A stretch of DNA of 12,274 nt from Armatimonadota bacterium (GTDB taxonomy: Bacteria; Sysuimicrobiota; Sysuimicrobiia; Sysuimicrobiales; Humicultoraceae). A model generated the notes under the pieces. That model did no database searches and was not told the DNA's origin. It saw only the letters and a list, made by a program, of their open reading frames with translations. Below, piece by piece: positions 1 to 6,941 of this stretch (positions within the stretch are counted from its first letter, which is position 1; each line of letters opens with the position of its first letter). The DNA lies in contig JBBIJB010000058.1 in NCBI GenBank assembly GCA_037446215.1, positions 1 through 12,274 on the forward strand, in the 5' to 3' direction. The position numbers and the translations under genes were made by a program.

Positions 1-70
1 TCTCGTCCACCACCCGCTCAATGGTGGCGATCTTGGGAAGGTAGATGTTGTCGGGCTGCTGCGGGCTCAT
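1..70 (-). CDS. 5' fragment of FAD/NAD(P)-binding oxidoreductase subunit (sulfhydrogenase gamma HydG / AsrB-like); runs off the window edge
   Basis: ATG at 70-68 overlaps the TGA of the upstream gene (ATGA). Manual translation gives MSPQQPDNIYLPKIATIERVVDE; the 'N.YLP..A.I..V.DE' start is typical of HydG/AsrB, which normally follows HydB/AsrA. Not in the ORF track. Confidence 0.7.
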   Translation of the reverse strand, partial: MSPQQPDNIYLPKIATIERVVDE

Positions 71-1167
71 CGCGCCTCATTCCTCGCCGTCATCGCTCTT
101 CGGATGATCTCAACAACGCTCGGCATGCCGACGTCACCATGGCAGACCTCAACGCAGCGTCCGCACCCTACGCATGCCACCGACAGCTCGCGCTGAACGA
201 AGTAGTGCGACAGCTTGCGGAAGAACCGCCTGTTCCGCCGGTCGTGAACCGCCTTCCGAGGATTGTGCCCTCCCGCCATCCGGGTGAAGCCGGTGAGCGC
301 GCACGCATCCCACAGCCGTATGCGCTCTGTGATCTCGTCTGTCGTGCTCCGGTCGGTGACCGTGAAGCATGTGCAGGTCGGGCAGACGTAGCTGCAACCG
401 CCGCACTCGAGGCATCGGTTTCCGATCTCCTCCCAGGTCTTCTCGCTCACCTCGCCGAGACTGATCAGGCGGGACGCGACCGAGTACCAACTCGTCACGT
501 CCTTGAAGCGCTTGCGAACCTCGGAGAGCATCTCCCTGCGCCTGGCCACGTGCTCCTCGGTAGCCCTCCGGCATGCCGGGTGCGAAAGCACGGCCTCTCC
601 CGCCGGGGAGCCCGCAACGATCATGTACTCGTCGGCGAGGCGCATGAGCTGGAGGTCGAAGTGCTCCCTGGCAGCCGGGCCTGTGTCGGCGCAGACGCAG
701 AAGCAGTCGTCGTCGATGTCGAGCTCGGTGTCGGTGCAAACCACGTTGACCAGGAATAGGTTCCTGCGGAGCTTCTCGTAGTAGACGTCCCTGTACTCCC
801 TACCGAGAAAGAACCGGTCGAGGTGGCCGATGGCGGCAAGGTCGCAGGAGCGGATGCCGAAGATGGCCACCCTCGGCTCATCCTGCGGCACGTCTATCCG
901 CAGCTGACCTCCGCCGGTTCTCCTTCCCGCGAGTATGGTCCGCCTCGCCGTCAGCAGCCGGTGGATCTGGGGGAGGACGTACCGCTTGGGCGGGTAGTAG
1001 GGGTTCGGCAGGTGGAGCTGCACGCTGTCGCGGTTCGCGTCGGTGACAACGTCGAAGAGCGTGTCGCGGCCCCTACCGAAGAACGGAGCTACGACCTGGT
1101 AGCCGTCCCTGCGGAGGAGATCTACGATCTGCAGCACGTCCGCTCTGTCTATTACTCTCGCCCGCAT
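67..1167 (-). CDS. 4Fe-4S dicluster protein, sulfhydrogenase beta (HydB) / anaerobic sulfite reductase AsrA / FlxB-like family
   Basis: Motifs FGIRSCD, C-x10-CFC, CLECGGCSYVCPTCTCF, WDAC...FTRMAGGHNPR and CVGCGRCVEVC. ATG at 1167 lies just after the upstream stop (1170-1172), with GAGAGGG upstream as a possible SD. Confidence 0.85.
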   Translation of the reverse strand: MRARVIDRADVLQIVDLLRRDGYQVVAPFFGRGRDTLFDVVTDANRDSVQLHLPNPYYPPKRYVLPQIHRLLTARRTILAGRRTGGGQLRIDVPQDEPRVAIFGIRSCDLAAIGHLDRFFLGREYRDVYYEKLRRNLFLVNVVCTDTELDIDDDCFCVCADTGPAAREHFDLQLMRLADEYMIVAGSPAGEAVLSHPACRRATEEHVARRREMLSEVRKRFKDVTSWYSVASRLISLGEVSEKTWEEIGNRCLECGGCSYVCPTCTCFTVTDRSTTDEITERIRLWDACALTGFTRMAGGHNPRKAVHDRRNRRFFRKLSHYFVQRELSVACVGCGRCVEVCHGDVGMPSVVEIIRRAMTARNEAR

Positions 1168-1169
1168 CT

Positions 1170-3206
1170 CTACACCCTCTCGACCCTGGCGCAAATCGGC
1201 CAGTCCGAGCTGCCCCCGGTGCTGTCCGACTCCCCGAAGATCTGGCCGATGACCTCGTGCAGGAAGAAGGGGATGAAGATCATCCCGCGCTTAACGCTGC
1301 CGGTCACGCGGGCGGTGCTCACGGCCGATCCCTTGGAGGTGGAGATCCTGACCTTGCCCGCATCGCGTACCCCGAGCTCCCGCGCATCGTCGGGGTTGAT
1401 ATCCACGAAGCCCTCCGGGTAGTCGAGCTGGAGGACCCGGTGCTCGCGCTTGAGCGTCTCGCTGTGCTGGACGAGCACGTTGTGGTGCCAGTAGTAGAGC
1501 GACCTGCCAATTATCAGGGCGAACGGGTACTCGGCGACCATGCACAGGCCGGCCATCTCCGGCAACGGGAAGGGCGCCAGCCTGAAGGGCTCGTGGGGTT
1601 CTTCCCCCGCGAACAACTGCGCCGTACCTAGGGGCCTGTCTGCCGTACAGGGCCACTGCCGCCCATACTCGCGCGAGAGGTTGTCGTAGCCGGCCGCCTC
1701 GTAGAACGGCACCGCCCGCCTTATCTCGTCCATCACCTGTGAGGATGAGGCGTACGACCACCGTGCGCCCAGCCTGTTCGCGACGCGAACGATCTGGTCC
1801 CAGGCGGGCAGGGGGCCCGGGGGAGGGTCTATGACCTTCTCGGCAATCTGTATGCGGCGCTCGGTGCTGGTGAAGGTCGCCCTCTCTTCCCCGAAGGCCA
1901 CTACCGGCAGGATCACGTCGGCGTGCCGCGCGGTCTCGGTCATGAACAGGTGCTGAACAACCAGGAACTCCAGCTTGTCGAGGGCCTCGACGATAGAGGC
2001 GCGCGCACCGGCCGTTGCGGGATCGTGGCGGTCGATCCACAGGGCACGAACCGAGCCGCTGGCCGCGGCCTCGATCATGCCTCGGGTGCTCAGGCCGGGC
2101 CTGGAGGGAAGGGGCGCCCCCCAGAGGGACTCGAAGCGCCTGCGGGCCGCCGCGTCGCTCACCGGTACATAGCCGGGCAGCCGATAGGGCTGCACTCCGA
2201 CGTCGCAGGTCCCCTGCAGGTTGTTCTGCTCGGCCAGGGGCATTACGCCCGCGCCCCGTTTCCCGATGTTGCCGGTCAGCAACGCCAGGCTCACTATGCT
2301 CCGAATCGTGTCGGCGCCGCGGGCCTCCGCACCGGTGGAGTACATGATCATGCCGCGTCCCCCGGAGGCGAAGGCTATGGCCGCGCTCTCGAGCAGGTCC
2401 GGGGAGATGTCACAGGCATCCGCCACCCACAGGACGTCGTAGGAGTGCACCGATGCGAGAAACTCCTCGTAGTCCTGACAGCGGCTCTTCAGGAACTTGA
2501 GGTCTGCCAGGCCCCGGTCCACGATCACCTTGGCCATCGCGCCGTAGAGCAGCCGGTCGGTCCCGGGCCTCGTCTGAAGGAAGAAGTCGGCGTGCTCGGC
2601 GATCCTGTGCCGCCTGGGATCGATCACGATCAGCTTCGCCCCGCCCATCTTCGCGCGGATCACCCGCCCGCCGATGGTCGGCAGCTGAAGGGCCAGGTCT
2701 ACGCCGTTCACCATGATTACGTCGCTCTGCTCGATATCGGCTATGGAGCAGGTGGCCGCGGGGGCACCCAGCATCTCCATGAGGACCTCTATGCTCGCGG
2801 AGCGATAGGCGCCCATCCCATGATCGACGTTGTTGGTGCCTACCACGGCCCTAGCCAGCTTCTGGAGCAGATAGGCCTCCTCGTTGGAGCAGCGGGGCGA
2901 GTTGACGAAGCCGATCGCGTCGGGGCCGTGCTCGCCGCGAATGTGCTTGAGGCGGGAGGCGATCAGGGTCGTGGCCTCCTCCCAGGACGACTCCTTGAAC
3001 CCGCCCCCATCGCGTATGAGAGGGTGCCTGAGGCGATCCGGTGAGCTGGCGACCTCGTGGACGTTCCAGCCCCGTACGCAGATCCGGCCCTGGTTGGCGG
3101 GGTGGGACATGCTCGGGTAGCCCCCGGTTATCCTGGAGCCGTCCTCCTCTAAGTAGATCCCGCACCCCACGCCACAGAAGGTGCACGTGGTCAGTATGTG
3201 CGCCAT
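1170..3206 (-). CDS. Formate dehydrogenase alpha (FdhF)-like molybdopterin oxidoreductase family protein with degenerate active site
   Basis: N-terminal 4Fe-4S motif CTFCGVGC...ICVRG, plus DRLRHPL, SWEEA, NEEAYLLQKLARAVVGTNNVD, IDPR, RPGTD, DVILP...TFTSTERRIQ and a C-terminal barrel (FVDINPDDARELG). No Tat signal. ATG at 3206 preferred; TTG at 3215 is possible. Confidence 0.85.
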   Translation of the reverse strand: MAHILTTCTFCGVGCGIYLEEDGSRITGGYPSMSHPANQGRICVRGWNVHEVASSPDRLRHPLIRDGGGFKESSWEEATTLIASRLKHIRGEHGPDAIGFVNSPRCSNEEAYLLQKLARAVVGTNNVDHGMGAYRSASIEVLMEMLGAPAATCSIADIEQSDVIMVNGVDLALQLPTIGGRVIRAKMGGAKLIVIDPRRHRIAEHADFFLQTRPGTDRLLYGAMAKVIVDRGLADLKFLKSRCQDYEEFLASVHSYDVLWVADACDISPDLLESAAIAFASGGRGMIMYSTGAEARGADTIRSIVSLALLTGNIGKRGAGVMPLAEQNNLQGTCDVGVQPYRLPGYVPVSDAAARRRFESLWGAPLPSRPGLSTRGMIEAAASGSVRALWIDRHDPATAGARASIVEALDKLEFLVVQHLFMTETARHADVILPVVAFGEERATFTSTERRIQIAEKVIDPPPGPLPAWDQIVRVANRLGARWSYASSSQVMDEIRRAVPFYEAAGYDNLSREYGRQWPCTADRPLGTAQLFAGEEPHEPFRLAPFPLPEMAGLCMVAEYPFALIIGRSLYYWHHNVLVQHSETLKREHRVLQLDYPEGFVDINPDDARELGVRDAGKVRISTSKGSAVSTARVTGSVKRGMIFIPFFLHEVIGQIFGESDSTGGSSDWPICARVERV

Positions 3207-3257
3207 GCTCGCCAACCTCGCAGGTGTTTGTGTGACATCCTCATCCGCCCGCAGCGG

Positions 3258-3926
3258 TCAGTCTGACTTCCCCAGCGCCTTCCGCTCCGTCTCGATCCAG
3301 GAGATCCACGCGTCCATCCCCTCCCCCGTCCGCGCCGAGAGGGGAAGCAGCGGCGCGTCGGAGACCTCCCGCAGCCCCGCTGCAAAGGCGTCGATCGAGA
3401 ACCCCGTAGCCTGGAGGAGGTCGATCTTGTTTAGGACCACCGCGGAGGCCCTCGCGAATGTGCTGGGGTACTTCAACGGCTTGTCGTCCCCCTCAGGTAC
3501 GCTGGCGATCACCACGCGCAGGTGCTCTCCCAGGTCGTAGGCGGTGGGGCAGACGAGATTCCCAACGTTCTCTATGAACAGCACCCTAATCTCGGCCAGC
3601 GGCAGACGCGGCAGGGCCGTCCGCACCAGGTTGGCGTCCAGGTGACAGGCGTCCCCCACCAGCCGGGTCTCGATCTGCACCACCGGAACCCCGCAGCGCC
3701 CTACGCGCTCGGCGTCCCGGCTAGTGGCCACATCCCCCTCGATTACGCCCATCGCCATCCGCGGCGGCATCACCGGCGCGGTCCTCTCGAGCAGCGCGGT
3801 CTTGCCGCTCCCCGGCGATCCGATCATGTTGATCGCCAGTATCCCCGCGCCGTCCAAGGTGGCCCGGACCTCCTCGGCCAGGGCGTCGTTGGCCTTCAGC
3901 ACACGCTCGACGATCTCGATTCGCAT
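3258..3926 (-). CDS. hypB: Hydrogenase nickel incorporation GTPase HypB
   Basis: GSPGSGKT P-loop, VIEGD, ACHLDA, ENVGNLVCP, EGDDKPLKYP, NKID and SARTGEG. ATG overlaps the hypA stop (TGATG). No His-rich N-terminal extension. Confidence 0.96.
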   Translation of the reverse strand: MRIEIVERVLKANDALAEEVRATLDGAGILAINMIGSPGSGKTALLERTAPVMPPRMAMGVIEGDVATSRDAERVGRCGVPVVQIETRLVGDACHLDANLVRTALPRLPLAEIRVLFIENVGNLVCPTAYDLGEHLRVVIASVPEGDDKPLKYPSTFARASAVVLNKIDLLQATGFSIDAFAAGLREVSDAPLLPLSARTGEGMDAWISWIETERKALGKSD

Positions 3927-4171
3927 CACGGCTCTCCCTGGACCCACTCGAGCTGCAGCTCGCGGCCGTCGGCGCGGCGCACCTCGAGTTCCGCGCTTCC
4001 AACGACCGGCCCCTGACGCAAGACCTCGAACGCAAACGCCAGCGCATCCGGAACCACGCCGCTGTACCGCCCCACGGCTACGCCAACGCTCTGGACGCTC
4101 TTCAGACCGTTGCGCCCCGCCACATCGGCCACCTGCCGGAGCAGCGAGTAGGCAATCGACACTTCGTGCAT
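3926..4171 (-). CDS. hypA: Hydrogenase maturation Ni metallochaperone HypA, short form (81 aa) lacking the Zn-finger domain
   Basis: Starts MHEVSIA (Ni-binding MHE). Also has VG.YSGVVPDALAFAF and C-terminal GRELQL. Directly coupled to hypB. Contains no cysteines. Confidence 0.9.
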   Translation of the reverse strand: MHEVSIAYSLLRQVADVAGRNGLKSVQSVGVAVGRYSGVVPDALAFAFEVLRQGPVVGSAELEVRRADGRELQLEWVQGEP

Positions 4172-4182
4172 CCCGCGCCGGG

Positions 4183-4998
4183 TCAGAACGTCTGGTTCGC
4201 AAGGGCCATCATGCCCAGGGTGTACCGCTCGAGCATGAGGGCCTGCCCCGGGCTGAGACGCACGCAGGCCCACCGCCAGTGGAACGCGAGCAGGTCGCCT
4301 ACCGTGGCGCTCTCCATCTCGGGGTCCGCGTCAAGCGGCCTCAGCACGTGCTCCGGGCGCAGATCGCCGAAGGCCAGGCGCCCGCCGGCGGTGACGATCG
4401 GCCGGTAGGAGACGGTGAATGCCCCCGGGTGAACCGCCGTAATCTCTCCCCAGCTTATCCTGCAGAGGTCGAGCGCGAGATCGCCCTGCGGCAGGCCGGT
4501 CCGACGCGAGACGTCGAAGACGTGGAAGGCGTGGTGTGCACGCGCGCCAGCGGGCGGCTTGCCGACCAGCAGTTCCATGGCGGAGCGGTTCAGTTGACCC
4601 CGGAACCTGTCGCTCAGGTGGCGGGCGTACAGTGCCCAGTCAACTCGCTCCAGGAGGTCGTTGCCTATCCAGTAGGCCTCAACAACGCTGGGGTGAAACG
4701 GGTCCGGTATCCCGCTCGAGTCGGCTATGAGCCGCAGATACGGATAGGCACCTGCGAATGCCCTGAGGTGGCGCCTCAGGGACTCGTCTCCCGATCCCTC
4801 ACGGATGGAGGCCAGCAACTCGGCGTTCGCGTCTCCGCCGCAGTAGCCGAGCCTGTTCGGCATATAGGCGAACCTGGCAAACAGAAGCATGCCCTCCAGC
4901 GGAGAGCCCGAAGGCTCCCCAACGACACCACCAGGTCGTCTTGTTCCCGTGGCGAGGTGTGTACCAGCACGCTTCAAGGATTCGTCTCCGCTTCCCAT
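4183..4998 (-). CDS. DUF6390-like uncharacterised protein (hydrogenase-maturation-associated); start uncertain (4998 or as late as 4890)
   Basis: LFARFAYMPNRLGYCG, FAGAYPYL..IA, DPF...VVEAYWIGN.LL, HHAFHVF, LDLCRISWG and GD....HW.WAC match my recollection of the DUF6390 family. Lies immediately upstream of hypA. Confidence 0.7.
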   Translation of the reverse strand: MGSGDESLKRAGTHLATGTRRPGGVVGEPSGSPLEGMLLFARFAYMPNRLGYCGGDANAELLASIREGSGDESLRRHLRAFAGAYPYLRLIADSSGIPDPFHPSVVEAYWIGNDLLERVDWALYARHLSDRFRGQLNRSAMELLVGKPPAGARAHHAFHVFDVSRRTGLPQGDLALDLCRISWGEITAVHPGAFTVSYRPIVTAGGRLAFGDLRPEHVLRPLDADPEMESATVGDLLAFHWRWACVRLSPGQALMLERYTLGMMALANQTF

Positions 4999-5017
4999 GC
5001 GAGTTGCCGATTACAGA

Positions 5018-5971
5018 CTACATACGGTCGGGGCCCGCCGAGTATCCGTTCATGAGAGGATTCGGGATCGAGGATCGTCCTACGCGAACGGCCGCGGCCT
5101 GCGGCCGCCAGCCCGTCCCGCCGGCATCGGCGGCCGCAGGGTTCAGCCAGATGTCGATGTCCCGGCCCACCGCCATCAGGCCCAGGGTGGTCAGGACGAT
5201 TGCCAGCGCCGGTGGAGCGGCCCACCACAGCCACGCGTCGGTGAGGAACAGCAGCGGATAGCCGAACGCCTGGTGAAGGGTCAGGCCCCAGCTCACGCGC
5301 CCGGGATCTGCCAGGCCCAGCAGCCCCAGCCCGGCCTCCATCACGATCGCCCATCTCAGGGTCAGGAGGAACTTGGTGAAGAGTATGGGCACTATCTCAG
5401 GGAGAATGGCCGTCCTCAATACCCTGGCCTCGGATGCCCCCAGCGCCCGGGCGGCCGCCACGTACTCCTTGGCCGCGGCGGACAGCACCTGGGCGCGAAC
5501 CACGCGCGCATACGCCGCCCAACTGATCACGAGGAGCGCGGCGGCCACCGACCAGATCCCGGGCCCCAGGAACACCACGAGCAGCACTACGAGCGGAACG
5601 CCGGGGATCGCCAGGAAGAGGTCCACCACGGCCAGGACTACCTCGCGCCCTCTAGGGGCCACCGCCGACGCAGCGCCGACCGCGGCGGCAAGGAGCGTGG
5701 AGGAGGCAGCCACCAAGAAACCCACCAGGAGAGAGGTCCTCGCTCCGTGGAGGAGGTGGCTGTAGAGGTCCTGGCCGAGGACATTGGTCCCGAGCAGCAG
5801 GCCGGGCGCCGGCGGCATGACGGGCGAGCCCATCGTGCGATCGGGCGGGTTGTGAGCGAGCAACGGTGCCCCTGCGGCGAGCGCTACCACTGCCAGCAGC
5901 ACGGCCGTCCCTGCTGCCGGCGTAGCGTACCGCCGCCAGAGGCGGGGACCTGTCGATGTCCGATACGTCAC
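5018..5971 (-). CDS. ABC transporter permease, DppC/OppC/NikC type
   Basis: LLGTNVLGQDL...GARTSLLVG, EAA loop YVAAARALGAS, EAGLGLLGL and WLWWAAPP. GTG at 5971 overlaps the upstream TAG. The ORF-track start at 6406 is an over-extension. Confidence 0.9.
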   Translation of the reverse strand: MTYRTSTGPRLWRRYATPAAGTAVLLAVVALAAGAPLLAHNPPDRTMGSPVMPPAPGLLLGTNVLGQDLYSHLLHGARTSLLVGFLVAASSTLLAAAVGAASAVAPRGREVVLAVVDLFLAIPGVPLVVLLVVFLGPGIWSVAAALLVISWAAYARVVRAQVLSAAAKEYVAAARALGASEARVLRTAILPEIVPILFTKFLLTLRWAIVMEAGLGLLGLADPGRVSWGLTLHQAFGYPLLFLTDAWLWWAAPPALAIVLTTLGLMAVGRDIDIWLNPAAADAGGTGWRPQAAAVRVGRSSIPNPLMNGYSAGPDRM

Positions 5972-6933
5972 TACCGTCCCCCTACCCTGGGGTCCAGCCT
6001 CGTGCTTACCAAGTCGAGCAGCGTATTCACCGACAGGACGGCGAGGCTCGAGACAAGGAAGACCCCCTGCATCAGCGGGTAGTCGCGCGCACCTATCGCC
6101 TCGAACAGCAGCGATCCCATGCCGGGGTAGGCGAAGATCCTCTCCACGACGGCCGCGCCGGCCACCGCGGCACCCAACCTCAACCCGAACAGGGTCGCAA
6201 CGGGCGGGAGCGCATTCCTCAAGGCATGCCAAACCACCCGCCCGGCCGGCAGTCCCTTCGCCCGAGCGGTAACCAGGTACCGTTCTCCCATCACGGGGAT
6301 GAGCGCGTTCCGGACCAGCAGGGCAAAGGCAGGGGCGAGCCCGGCCACCAGCGTCAGCCCGGGGAGCGCGGCGTGCCACGCCGCGTCCGCCGCGATGCGC
6401 GCCCACCCGCCGGAATCGATGAAGGGCGTCAACGCGCCACCGGCGGGGAAGATACGGCTCCTCGAGGCAAGCGTCACGATGAGGAGCATGGCGACCAGGA
6501 ACTCGGGCAGGGCTCCCACCCCCACCGATGCGGCCATCGCGGCACGGACGCCGGGGCGGTGGCGGTGCCAGGCCGCGGCCCAGCCCAGCAGACCGCCCAG
6601 GGCTGCGGCGAGGACCACCGCCCCTCCGACGAGGAACAGGGTCCAGGGAAGGCGCTCCGCCACGATCGTGCCGACCGGACGGTGCGATGTTAGAGACCAG
6701 CCCAGGTGGCCTCGAGCCAGCCCGAGGAGGTACCTCTCGAACTGATCGGCAAGGGGAAGATCGAGGTGGTAGGTGTCCACCAGCGCGCGATGCGCCGCTG
6801 CCGGCAGAAGGAGGGCGTCGTCGCCGCCCGGCGTCGCGGGGCTACCGGGCAGCATCCGAGGAACGGCGAAGTTGAGCACCACCACCGTCAACGCGAGCCC
6901 GGCGAAGCGCGCCAGACGCAGCGCCACGGTCAT
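5971..6933 (-). CDS. ABC transporter permease, DppB/OppB/NikB type
   Basis: LNFAVPRMLPGSP, ERLPWTLFL, EAA loop YLVTARAKGL...HALRNAL, VERIFAYPGMG, RDYPLMQG and LDPRV. Confidence 0.93.
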   Translation of the reverse strand: MTVALRLARFAGLALTVVVLNFAVPRMLPGSPATPGGDDALLLPAAAHRALVDTYHLDLPLADQFERYLLGLARGHLGWSLTSHRPVGTIVAERLPWTLFLVGGAVVLAAALGGLLGWAAAWHRHRPGVRAAMAASVGVGALPEFLVAMLLIVTLASRSRIFPAGGALTPFIDSGGWARIAADAAWHAALPGLTLVAGLAPAFALLVRNALIPVMGERYLVTARAKGLPAGRVVWHALRNALPPVATLFGLRLGAAVAGAAVVERIFAYPGMGSLLFEAIGARDYPLMQGVFLVSSLAVLSVNTLLDLVSTRLDPRVGGR

Positions 6934-6941
6934 CGTCCGCC

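Noticed and set aside
2790..2840. Selenocysteine (UGA) recoding at the FDH active-site position
   Set aside because: The codon is TAT (Tyr), the ORF has no in-frame TGA, and no SECIS needs to be invoked.
1170..3206. Annotating this gene as fdhF, nasA or napA
   Set aside because: The metal-ligand Cys/Sec and other catalytic residues are absent, so a gene symbol would overstate function.
3927..4273. Extended N-termini for hypB (4202) and hypA (4273); likewise permease (6406), hypC (8943), VKOR (10886) and usp (11987)
   Set aside because: Family-typical starts (MRIEI, MHE, MCLA etc.), SD positions and stop/start coupling indicate the shorter starts.
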